Assembly (NCBI GenBank): GCA_036517695.1
Contig: DATDVC010000044.1
Span: forward strand, 1-40,174
Reading direction: 5' to 3'
Source of the DNA: Minisyncoccota bacterium
GTDB lineage: Bacteria; Patescibacteriota; Minisyncoccia; Phycocordibacterales; WO2-35-19
DNA length: 40,174 nucleotides
Part shown: positions 25,295-33,314 of the stretch, in pieces
Layout of the letters: every line of letters starts with the position of its first letter
Numbering within the stretch: position 1 is the first letter of the stretch
The notes under the pieces: generated by a model
Seen by the model: only the letters and a program-made list of their open reading frames with translations
Databases searched by the model: none
What the model was told of the DNA's origin: nothing
Position numbers and translations under genes: made by a program

Positions 25295-25399
25295 TTGGAA
25301 GAGTGCGTCTAGCGGTCCTTCTTACTCCGCCTTGGAACGCCTGATGGGGAAACACTCTTCCGCCAAATTTGCCGGCGTCTCACGAGATGCCGTTTTTCT
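25295..25399 (+). ncRNA. candidate ~100-nt structured small RNA (unclassified)
   Basis: A GC-rich segment between the promoter above and an intrinsic terminator. It has a perfect 9-bp helix, GGAAGAGUG (25297-25305) with CACUCUUCC (25353-25361), enclosing 47 nt with C/U-rich stretches. The 8-nt motif CCUUGGAA occurs twice. There is no plausible coding frame. Confidence 0.45.
25373..25399 (+). terminator. intrinsic terminator of the candidate sRNA
   Basis: CGGCGUCU-CACG-AGAUGCCG (8 bp, one G-U pair) followed by UUUUUCU. It abuts the stop codon of the convergent ftsB-like gene. Confidence 0.6.
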
Positions 25400-25778
25400 A
25401 TTGGCCAAACAAGTTGCCCAAAAAATCTTTAAATTTCTGCCAACTCGATTTTTGAGGCAAAACCGATTCGGACGGAGCTTTTTCTTCCACGATAAAAGCA
25501 ACACTCTCCCCCGCTTCCGCCATGTTTAGTTTGCGACGTATTTCAAATTCAACACCCTCTTCGGTTGATAGCCGTTCTATCGATTGTTCTAAGATTTTTT
25601 TTCTTTCTTGCAATTCAGATTTTTCATTTTGCATCCGAGCCAGAGCATCCTCCGCCCCCCTCTTTTTCAAATATACATTTTTTACAGAGTGACCAAAAAG
25701 ACCGAGAAGCAAAAGCAAGAAGCAGAAAATTACAGCTCTTTTCCATCTGTTACCGCTTTTTGTTTTAACGCCACGCAT
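25398..25778 (-). CDS. septum formation initiator (FtsB/DivIC-like)
   Basis: 126 aa: basic N-terminus, one TM, a coiled coil (LARMQNEKSELQERKKILEQSIERL), then EFEIRRKLNMAEAGESV, typical of the DivIC/FtsB family. Confidence 0.7.
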   Translation of the reverse strand: MRGVKTKSGNRWKRAVIFCFLLLLLGLFGHSVKNVYLKKRGAEDALARMQNEKSELQERKKILEQSIERLSTEEGVEFEIRRKLNMAEAGESVAFIVEEKAPSESVLPQKSSWQKFKDFLGNLFGQ

Positions 25779-25905
25779 ATAATTATGTTATCATAATAAA
25801 CATATGCTTTGGCATCCCAGATCACAAAAAATATTACGATTCTTGTGGACAATAGTGGCTGTAATGGTAATTTTGGGTATGATCCTTGTTTATCTGCCCT
25901 ATTGA

Positions 25906-27720
25906 TCAGCCCTTCATCACCTTCAAAAAAACATCATGCGGAATATTTACCGAGCCTCTGGACTGCATTTTTTTCTTGCCTTTCTTTTGTTTTTCTCGCA
26001 GTTTCATCTTTCTGGTTATATCACCACCATACATATGTTGGGTGACATCTTTGCGAAAAGCGGAGATGGTGCGAGAAGAAATTATCCTGCCCAAAGCCTT
26101 GCCCTGGATCTTCACCGCTATCATCTGGCGAGGTATTAGGTTGTGCAATTTTTCGACCATGGTTTCGGCGTCCTGTTCAACCGTTCGTCTGGAAACAACC
26201 CTTGAAAAAGCGGGCTGTACTTCGTCCGCAACAAGTATGTCTAGTCTTACCACATTGGCTTCGCGCATATCTTTTATTTCGTAAGATATCGATGCATATC
26301 CGGAGGTAGCACTTTTCAGCTTGTCAAAAAAATTGCGCATAAGTTCCCGGAGTGGCATCTCTACGCGCATTTCTGTTTTATCTTCTCCGAAATTTATAGA
26401 AGTTTGGAGCTCCGCTTCGTGTTCATAAAAAAGCTGGACAAGAGCCCCAACAAAAGACGCTGGCGTGATGATCACCACAGAAGCCCACGGCTCATATATC
26501 TTTTCAAGAAGGCCTTCGTCGGGAAAAAGAGCCGGAGAATATATCATTTCTTTTTTGGGAGTTCCATCACGGTTGAGATTTTTGTAAACGACTTCATAGG
26601 TTATGGTCGGCATGGTAACTACCAACTCGAGCTTAAACTCCCTTCTCAATCTTTCCGTTATTATCTCCAAATGAAGCATGCCCAAGAAGCCACACCTAAA
26701 ACCCCTACCTAAAAGTCCCGATGATTCCTCTTCGTAGGTATAAGAAGAGTCAGAAAGTTTTAGTTTGGAAAGTGATTGTTTCAAAAGAACAAAATCATCT
26801 TGAGCTTCCGGGTAAATCGAAGCCCACACCACGGGCTTGGGAGATTGATAGCCAGAAAGAGGTTCGTCCGAGTCTGATGCGTGTGCCACTGTATCCCCCA
26901 CAGAAGCTATGCCGGGCTCTTTTATGCCAGTTACTATGTAGCCGATTTCGCCGGCAGAAAGCTTTTCTTTCTTGGTTTCTTCGGGAGAAAAAATACCAAC
27001 TTCTGTTGCGGTAAATTTTTGTTGAGCCACCTTAAAGATAAGCTCGGTATCAGCCCCCACCTCCCCCTCCATCACGCGCACAAACACCATGACCCCCCTA
27101 TGCGGAGAATATTTGAAATCAAAAACCAGAGACTTAAACTGGTCTCCCTCTGTCTTTGGAGGAGGGATTTTTTCCACCACGGTTTCAAGCAATGCCTCCA
27201 CACCTTCCCCGGTCTTGCCAGAAACAAGCAATATTTCTTCTGCGCTACAGCCCAAAAGCTCCATAACTTCGCTTCTCACTTCATCCACACGCGCAAGAGG
27301 AGAATCTATTTTACTCAAAACCGGAATAATTTTTAGCCCGGACTCTCGAGCCATATTTAGAGTAGTAAAAGTTTGGGCTTGCACGCCTTGAGTAGAGTCA
27401 ACCAAGAGTATAGACCCTTCAACCGCTTTGAGCGCCCTAGAAACTTCATATGAAAAATCTATGTGGCCCGGAGTATCTATCAAATTTAAAACATATTCCT
27501 GTCCTTCGCTTTGCTCAGGACCTCCAGGATGCCAGAGCATCCTTACGGGTTGCATTTTAATGGTTATCCCCCTCTCCCTCTCAAGCTCCATGGAATCAAG
27601 AACTTGGTCTTGCATTTTTCTCTTTTCAATTGTGCCCGTTATCTCAAGCATGCGGTCGGCCAAGGTTGATTTGCCGTGGTCAATGTGGGCTATGATGCTA
27701 AAGTTGCGTATATTCTTCAT
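25906..27720 (-). CDS. lepA: translation elongation factor 4
   Basis: 604 aa. G-domain AHIDHGKST / DTPGH / SKID, and the LepA-specific C-terminal domain (...HMYGGDITRKMKLREKQKKGKKKM). Confidence 0.95.
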   Translation of the reverse strand: MKNIRNFSIIAHIDHGKSTLADRMLEITGTIEKRKMQDQVLDSMELERERGITIKMQPVRMLWHPGGPEQSEGQEYVLNLIDTPGHIDFSYEVSRALKAVEGSILLVDSTQGVQAQTFTTLNMARESGLKIIPVLSKIDSPLARVDEVRSEVMELLGCSAEEILLVSGKTGEGVEALLETVVEKIPPPKTEGDQFKSLVFDFKYSPHRGVMVFVRVMEGEVGADTELIFKVAQQKFTATEVGIFSPEETKKEKLSAGEIGYIVTGIKEPGIASVGDTVAHASDSDEPLSGYQSPKPVVWASIYPEAQDDFVLLKQSLSKLKLSDSSYTYEEESSGLLGRGFRCGFLGMLHLEIITERLRREFKLELVVTMPTITYEVVYKNLNRDGTPKKEMIYSPALFPDEGLLEKIYEPWASVVIITPASFVGALVQLFYEHEAELQTSINFGEDKTEMRVEMPLRELMRNFFDKLKSATSGYASISYEIKDMREANVVRLDILVADEVQPAFSRVVSRRTVEQDAETMVEKLHNLIPRQMIAVKIQGKALGRIISSRTISAFRKDVTQHMYGGDITRKMKLREKQKKGKKKMQSRGSVNIPHDVFLKVMKG

Positions 27721-27722
27721 TG

Positions 27723-29345
27723 CTAAAATCTTTCAGTTAACTCTTTCATATCTCGATTTTTAGATAGTACAAGAAAAACAGCCCCAAAGACAATACCCAA
27801 AAGACCGGCAAAAAAACCGTGGCCAAATACTCCTATAAATGTATCCAGATTGAACAGGCCGTCCATGAGCCACAAACCAAAATAAGAGCCGAGAGCGACA
27901 ATCGCGGCGGTTACACCACCTGCCATGACGGAAGAACTGATAACTCGCCAAACCTTTTGAACCAATTGGCCGTCAAGCGCCAAAAAAAGTATGGTGGCGC
28001 TAACAAGAGCGCCGAAAGAGTAAGATAGAGGTAAAAGCAATATACCAACATGCAAATCTTCTACGTTTAAAACAGTGGCCATAATTTCAAGCAGACCACG
28101 GAAAAAATCAGGCGAGCCGATTATTAAAAGAGCTGTCGCAACTGAAACAATGCCACCAATCAAATTACCCAGAAGTGGCCACTTGGTTTTACCAAGAGCA
28201 TAGTGACTGCGAGAGAGGAAAAGTTGAATACTTTGAAAAACAGTTGAAGCTACAAAAATCGCAAGACAGGCCGCAACCAATCTGGTAGCTGACCAGTCAA
28301 AAGCTCCCGAACCAAGAACAACTCTCACAATATGAGCGCGGAGCACAATGACCAGAGCCGTAAAAGGCAACGACCAGAAAATTATTTGGCGCAGACCGTC
28401 GCTTATCCTTTCAACAATTTCATTTGTGTCTTTTTTGGCGGCCGATATGGACAAAGCAGGAAAGGCCGCCAGACTAAAACTTACACCGATTAAAGATAGG
28501 GGCACAGACTGCAGATTAAGGGCCAGATTAAAAACAGTAATAGAGCCAGGTGATATTTTAGAAGCAAGAGCTACAAAAAAGAAGCCGACAAAACTGACCA
28601 CCGAAAGAGCAAGGGTGCGTGGCACAGAAAGAAGAGCCGTCTCCCTAACCACCGGCCAATTTATTTTTCTGGTAAATTTTGGCCTAATGGAGGAACTTAA
28701 AACAAATATTGCCTGCAAAGAAAAGTGGAGTAAAGCGCCAAACATGACACCGATCACCACTCCAGTGACACCAAGCGGATTAACCAAAAAAACGATACCC
28801 ACAATAATACCCAAATTATACAGAAGCGGACTTAGTGAGTATAAGATAAACCTCTTTTCATACTGAACGATACTGCCAAAAAAATTTGAAAAGCCCAAAA
28901 AAAACGGTGAGACAAGCAATAGTCTAGAAAGAAAAATTGTCTCTGCTCGAGCTGAAGCTGAAAACCCGGTAAAAAAGGTATTGATCACGAGTGGCATCGA
29001 AAACCAAGCCAGGATACAAAAAAAGCTGATTGCGATTGAAAAAACTGTAAATATCGATTCAGCAGTTTCTTTTAGTCTTTTCGGTTCTTGTTCCTGCCTT
29101 GCAAAAAGCGGGATCAGAGCCGATATGGAAACCAGCGAAGCCACTGTCACAAAAATAAGATCCGGCACTTTGAAGGCCGCATAATAAATATCAAGCTCCA
29201 CACCTGTTCCAAAATGATGGGCAAGCAAGCGATCACGCAAAAGAGCTAAAATTTGGGAAAATAAGGCAAATACAGAAAGCCAAAAAGCGGCTTCTCTTAG
29301 GCCGCTTATTTTGCTTGTAATCATTCTCAAGGTTTTGGCTACCAT
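27723..29345 (-). CDS. murJ: lipid II flippase MurJ
   Basis: 540-aa, ~14-TM MOP-superfamily protein. The N-terminus ...LLALLRDRLLAHHFGTGVELDIYYAAFKVPDLIF is the typical MurJ signature. Confidence 0.88.
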   Translation of the reverse strand: MVAKTLRMITSKISGLREAAFWLSVFALFSQILALLRDRLLAHHFGTGVELDIYYAAFKVPDLIFVTVASLVSISALIPLFARQEQEPKRLKETAESIFTVFSIAISFFCILAWFSMPLVINTFFTGFSASARAETIFLSRLLLVSPFFLGFSNFFGSIVQYEKRFILYSLSPLLYNLGIIVGIVFLVNPLGVTGVVIGVMFGALLHFSLQAIFVLSSSIRPKFTRKINWPVVRETALLSVPRTLALSVVSFVGFFFVALASKISPGSITVFNLALNLQSVPLSLIGVSFSLAAFPALSISAAKKDTNEIVERISDGLRQIIFWSLPFTALVIVLRAHIVRVVLGSGAFDWSATRLVAACLAIFVASTVFQSIQLFLSRSHYALGKTKWPLLGNLIGGIVSVATALLIIGSPDFFRGLLEIMATVLNVEDLHVGILLLPLSYSFGALVSATILFLALDGQLVQKVWRVISSSVMAGGVTAAIVALGSYFGLWLMDGLFNLDTFIGVFGHGFFAGLLGIVFGAVFLVLSKNRDMKELTERF

Positions 29346-29371
29346 TGCCCTGTCAGTTTAACACACAGAGA

Positions 29372-31690
29372 TTAGTTTTCTTCTATCGGAGGTTCTGGCC
29401 TTTTTTCGGGCTCGGCATCTATCGGCGGCTCGGCATTGCTAAATGGTGATTTGCCTGCCCGTAAATTGTCCAGAATGAGGACGACTTCGGCATTATCTGG
29501 ATTTGTTTTTTGTATCTCTTCAAATTGCGCAATTGCGTCAATATCCCTACCCAAATTCTCATAAGAAAGCCCTAGGAAGTAACGGGCATTCGCATAGTCA
29601 TTTATCAACTCAACCGCTCTCTCAAAAGCTTTAGCGGCGCCAGCAAAGTCTCGGTTGTTATACTTAAGCAAACCAAGTTGAAAATAAAGAACGGCATTGC
29701 CAGAGTCAATGAAAGTCGCCGCTTCAACCGAATCAATGGCTCCCTGAATATTATTGGAGGCAACTTCAAGTTGGGCCAAAGTAAAATAGGCATCGGTATA
29801 ATTATTCTTAAGCTGAATGGCTTTGCCGATATTTTCTCTAGCCCCGCCAATATCACCAGAAAGGGCTTTTAATCTGGCAAAAGCAAGCGGAATTGCAGGA
29901 TTTTGCGGTGAACGATTTTGAGCTTCAATATACGCGACATTGGCATTTTCCACAGCTCCAGAGATGCCATTAGCGCCCAAAACCTCATAAACCCGACCCA
30001 GAGCAAACCAATTTTGATAATTTTTACTATTCCATGCGATTGCTTGCCTGGAACCTTCTATTGCTCCGGTAACAGCATTTTGAACAGCAATCCTTTGAGA
30101 TTCATTTAGATTTTCAACTGAAGAAACCGTGCTGACAATAGACCCGATTTCAGAAAGAGACAGCTCGGCAACCCTCCTCCAATAAAGATCGGTCGGCGCT
30201 ATCTGAATAGCTTTATTGACATCTCCTTTATTAAAAAAAGATGTAGCTACCACTCTTTCAATCACAAAATAACCGAAAGCTATCGAGGAAATGAGTAAGA
30301 TAATGATACTGAACACGGCAGCAAAATTTGCTTTCGGATTTCGAAAAATATTTATTGTTTTTTGTTCAACCACCCCTTGAGAAACCAAGCTACCAGCAAA
30401 AACTCCGCTTAAAATGAAGGCCAGTCCGATAAGACTAATGCTTGGCACATAAACAAAAGCCATCACCCACAAAAAGAGAGAGGAAAAAAATGCGGTCGAA
30501 GACACTTGGCGATACCTTAAGTCAGGGCCTGTATAAAATATGGCTTTAAATCCCGCGCGCGCATACAAAAACAAGAAAGCAAGGATCGTAACAGTGCCCA
30601 AAATTCCGGTAGTAATTGCAACAGTTGGTATAAACCCAGAACCAAAATTAAATTCCGCCCCCCAAAACTGGGTTACGTTTATATCAACAGGTCTCTTGAG
30701 ATCCCAAAATTCTTTAAACATATTTGGGCCAACTCCCAAAATTGGGTTCACCTGCCACGCTTGGCCAATCATCTCAACTGTAGTATCCAAATTTGGTCGC
30801 ACCTCAACAGAATTGATTTTAAAGGCATTCGACAAAAAACCCGAAAGAGAAGAGCCGGAAAGAAGAACTACGACACAAGCAGAAAGCACGAATAGCGACG
30901 GGAAAGAAGCTTTTTTCATCTCATGATCGCCACTCACAGACCAGGAAAAAGTATAGACAAAATAAACAAGAGCAAATAAACCCAAAACAATGACTACCGG
31001 CAAAAATCCGGACGCGGCGACAAAAGCAATCGAAATGGCCATAAACGCATATGCCAAATAACGAGCTTTGCCCGCAATCCACATATTTAAAGCCGCAATC
31101 AAAACAACACAAACCATTCCAAGAAAAATAGCCGTATCAATGGCGCCACCTAGAACAAAATTTGGAATTCGAGAACCTATCGATTCCGGCAAAACGCCAC
31201 CAATGGCTAAAATTCTTACAAACAAATGCGCTATCACAACCCCCGCCGAAACAAATAGAAGATTAAAAAACCTTATCCCATTGTCGACTTTTTCTCTCAA
31301 AGAAAACATGGCTACAAACAAAAGCATGGTCAACATCAGTATGGAACCAGAAGTGCCCAACTCAAAAACTTGTCCAACTATAGATTTGATTGGCTGTCCT
31401 GAAAAAAATGAAGCTAAAAAATAAACTACCGGAAAAACCGCAATTGGTATCAAAAATTTTGATTTCGGAAAAGATATGATGCCACGAGAGAGGGTCATGG
31501 CGAGAAACGTGCCGAGAAACAAGACTGCCACCACCGCAAGCAAAGCTACTTTTGCGGAATATAAAGAAACACTTGGAGATGGTATAAATATGATCGGCAA
31601 CAAAAGCGTAACCCCAAAAAGACAGCGTTCAAATACTTTTCCGAAATCAAAATGAAATCTACTATTTGTCTGTTCTGCTTGTTCTTCCAT
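29372..31690 (-). CDS. O-antigen ligase (Wzy_C)-like polytopic membrane protein fused to C-terminal TPR repeats
   Basis: 772 aa. About 480 aa of multi-TM domain, then tandem TPR-like repeats (WFALGRVYEVLG, AYFTLAQLEVASNN, LYFQLGLLKYNNRDFAGAAKAFERAVELINDYANARYFLGLSYENLG). Confidence 0.7.
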   Translation of the reverse strand: MEEQAEQTNSRFHFDFGKVFERCLFGVTLLLPIIFIPSPSVSLYSAKVALLAVVAVLFLGTFLAMTLSRGIISFPKSKFLIPIAVFPVVYFLASFFSGQPIKSIVGQVFELGTSGSILMLTMLLFVAMFSLREKVDNGIRFFNLLFVSAGVVIAHLFVRILAIGGVLPESIGSRIPNFVLGGAIDTAIFLGMVCVVLIAALNMWIAGKARYLAYAFMAISIAFVAASGFLPVVIVLGLFALVYFVYTFSWSVSGDHEMKKASFPSLFVLSACVVVLLSGSSLSGFLSNAFKINSVEVRPNLDTTVEMIGQAWQVNPILGVGPNMFKEFWDLKRPVDINVTQFWGAEFNFGSGFIPTVAITTGILGTVTILAFLFLYARAGFKAIFYTGPDLRYRQVSSTAFFSSLFLWVMAFVYVPSISLIGLAFILSGVFAGSLVSQGVVEQKTINIFRNPKANFAAVFSIIILLISSIAFGYFVIERVVATSFFNKGDVNKAIQIAPTDLYWRRVAELSLSEIGSIVSTVSSVENLNESQRIAVQNAVTGAIEGSRQAIAWNSKNYQNWFALGRVYEVLGANGISGAVENANVAYIEAQNRSPQNPAIPLAFARLKALSGDIGGARENIGKAIQLKNNYTDAYFTLAQLEVASNNIQGAIDSVEAATFIDSGNAVLYFQLGLLKYNNRDFAGAAKAFERAVELINDYANARYFLGLSYENLGRDIDAIAQFEEIQKTNPDNAEVVLILDNLRAGKSPFSNAEPPIDAEPEKRPEPPIEEN

Positions 31691-31741
31691 AAATAATTTA
31701 TTACAAGTTATACTTAATCTTGCTAATAATGCTACGCGAAA

Positions 31742-32233
31742 CTATTTATAATTTTCTATAGTCTTGACCAACTGACTATCGTCTCTTAAATATTCATAGA
31801 ATAAAATTTGACTTCTGTTTACATGCATGATGTCTTCCGGGCCATGCAATTCTTGCCCCAACTTTACCAAAGTAAATCCTGATCCTTGGATCGCTTCAGG
31901 AGAAAAGTCGCTGTTGGCATTTTGAAGGTAGTACACTTCTTTTAGAGTAAGTTCTTGATCATTTTTGTCTATTATTTTTCCGAAGTAAACCTGCCCATTT
32001 GAAAGAAAGACTGCGCTATAATTCAAAACCAAGTTGTTTGACTTTTTATTGATGAAATATTTTGAACCGATGATCGCGCCGTAAAGCAAGGCAAGGACTA
32101 CTAAAACTTTGAGTAGAGTCTTTAGGAAAGAGGCAAAACCTTTTCCGCTCTTTTTAGCCACGGATCCAGAGCCAACTATTTGCTCTGGCAATTTTTCTGG
32201 ATTGGGCGGATTGTTAAAACGCATATCGTGCAT
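31742..32233 (-). CDS. hypothetical membrane-anchored protein
   Basis: 163 aa with one TM (LLKVLVVLALLYGAIIG) and an extracytoplasmic globular part. Confidence 0.5.
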   Translation of the reverse strand: MHDMRFNNPPNPEKLPEQIVGSGSVAKKSGKGFASFLKTLLKVLVVLALLYGAIIGSKYFINKKSNNLVLNYSAVFLSNGQVYFGKIIDKNDQELTLKEVYYLQNANSDFSPEAIQGSGFTLVKLGQELHGPEDIMHVNRSQILFYEYLRDDSQLVKTIENYK

Positions 32234-32250
32234 ATAGATCTTCTAGATAA

Positions 32251-33270
32251 TCATTGCTGGCCGGCGGCTACCAAAGCTTGTAACTTCATAAGAAGCGCGA
32301 GAACCTGCTGTTGGAGTAAGAGAATTTGAGCTCTTATGGATTCTATTTGAGCCGGTGTAAGCCCGCTTGACGCATAGCCACCTCCCCCGCCTCCTCCAAG
32401 CAACTGATTTATTCTAGCTCTGGTTGACGGACCAACAAAGCCGTAGCCTGTAGAAACCGGATCACCAGAAGAGACTATCCCTTGAGCGCTTTGAAAAGCT
32501 TTGACTGCCACTTCTGTGGCTGGGCCATAGTAGCCGGTAATGTTGTCAGCTGTGGTGTAACCTTGATTGACCAAGAATTGTTGGAGAGTTTTGACGTCGT
32601 CTCCGGTGGCGCCACGAAAAAGATTGCGGATCAAACCCCCCGCCGGCGCATAAGCAGAAACAGTGCCAATAGGAGGAATATAGCCAGAGCTATTACTGAC
32701 ACTACCAGAAGAAGAGCCCCCTCCGCCGCCGCCACCCCCACCACTCGAAGCCCCGCCACCAGAACTGGTGTTATCAGAGGAAGAAGACCCTGAACCTATT
32801 GTGTAGGACCCATTAACAACTGCGCTCAAAACATCAGATCCATTTGCGGCTACATTTGAGTCGGTTGTGCTGTTCGAAGTATGGCTAAAAGTAAGGTTGG
32901 CGCTCCCCTCTGCTATGGCTTTAAAAGTTACCGTGGCGAGCACGCCGGATCCGTTGTATTTGTTGCCACCAAGCGCTACTTGAGAAAAAGTTATTCTGCC
33001 GTTAGAAGAATTGACGGTATTTGCCAAAGTCATCGGCATGAGAGAACCTGGAGTTATCTGATTTCCCTGAACCTGTAACAGCGCTGGATTATAATTTAAA
33101 TATCGCAAGTCTACCCCATCTACTTGAGACCCTTGCGTATCCAAATTTATAGTAACAGTAAAAGTGTCTCCCACGTTTACACTTTGGGAAGAAGGAGAGA
33201 CCGATAGAGTAGCCGCTGAAGCAAGTGAAGGCACAAGTAACATTCCGATTATTGCAATAACTTTTTTCAT
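32251..33270 (-). CDS. secreted cohesin-domain protein with a peptidoglycan-binding (PG_binding_1) domain
   Basis: Signal peptide. Cohesin-like module LSVSPSSQSVNVGDTFTVTINLDTQGSQVDGVDLRYLNYNPALLQV...ATVTFKAIAEGSANLTF. Gly/Ser linker. PG_binding_1 pattern GATGDDVKTLQQFLVNQGYT..ITGYYGPATEVAVKAFQSAQGI. C-terminal coiled coil. Confidence 0.72.
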   Translation of the reverse strand: MKKVIAIIGMLLVPSLASAATLSVSPSSQSVNVGDTFTVTINLDTQGSQVDGVDLRYLNYNPALLQVQGNQITPGSLMPMTLANTVNSSNGRITFSQVALGGNKYNGSGVLATVTFKAIAEGSANLTFSHTSNSTTDSNVAANGSDVLSAVVNGSYTIGSGSSSSDNTSSGGGASSGGGGGGGGGSSSGSVSNSSGYIPPIGTVSAYAPAGGLIRNLFRGATGDDVKTLQQFLVNQGYTTADNITGYYGPATEVAVKAFQSAQGIVSSGDPVSTGYGFVGPSTRARINQLLGGGGGGGYASSGLTPAQIESIRAQILLLQQQVLALLMKLQALVAAGQQ

Positions 33271-33314
33271 TTTTTTAAATTTTATAATTTAAATTACAAT
33301 TCTATAATTTTATA

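Noticed and set aside
25295-25399. The candidate sRNA could be the 4.5S/SRP RNA (right size, own promoter and terminator).
   Set aside because: Neither strand contains the conserved domain IV pattern (CAGG-helix-GNRA tetraloop-helix-AGCA) as I remember it. There is no AGCA at all, and no apical GGAA/GNRA hairpin in the right context.
25906-29345. Numerous 60-170-aa ORFs on the plus strand across lepA and murJ (e.g. 26881..27336, 28348..28866).
   Set aside because: These are antisense shadow ORFs inside long, motif-supported genes, with biased composition and no start-site signals.
32482-32793. Plus-strand ORF with an Arg/Pro/Thr/Ala-rich product (…RRRAPSAAATPTTRSPATRT…).
   Set aside because: It is a reverse-frame reading of the Gly/Ser-rich linker of the cohesin/PG-binding gene, i.e. 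a low-complexity artefact.
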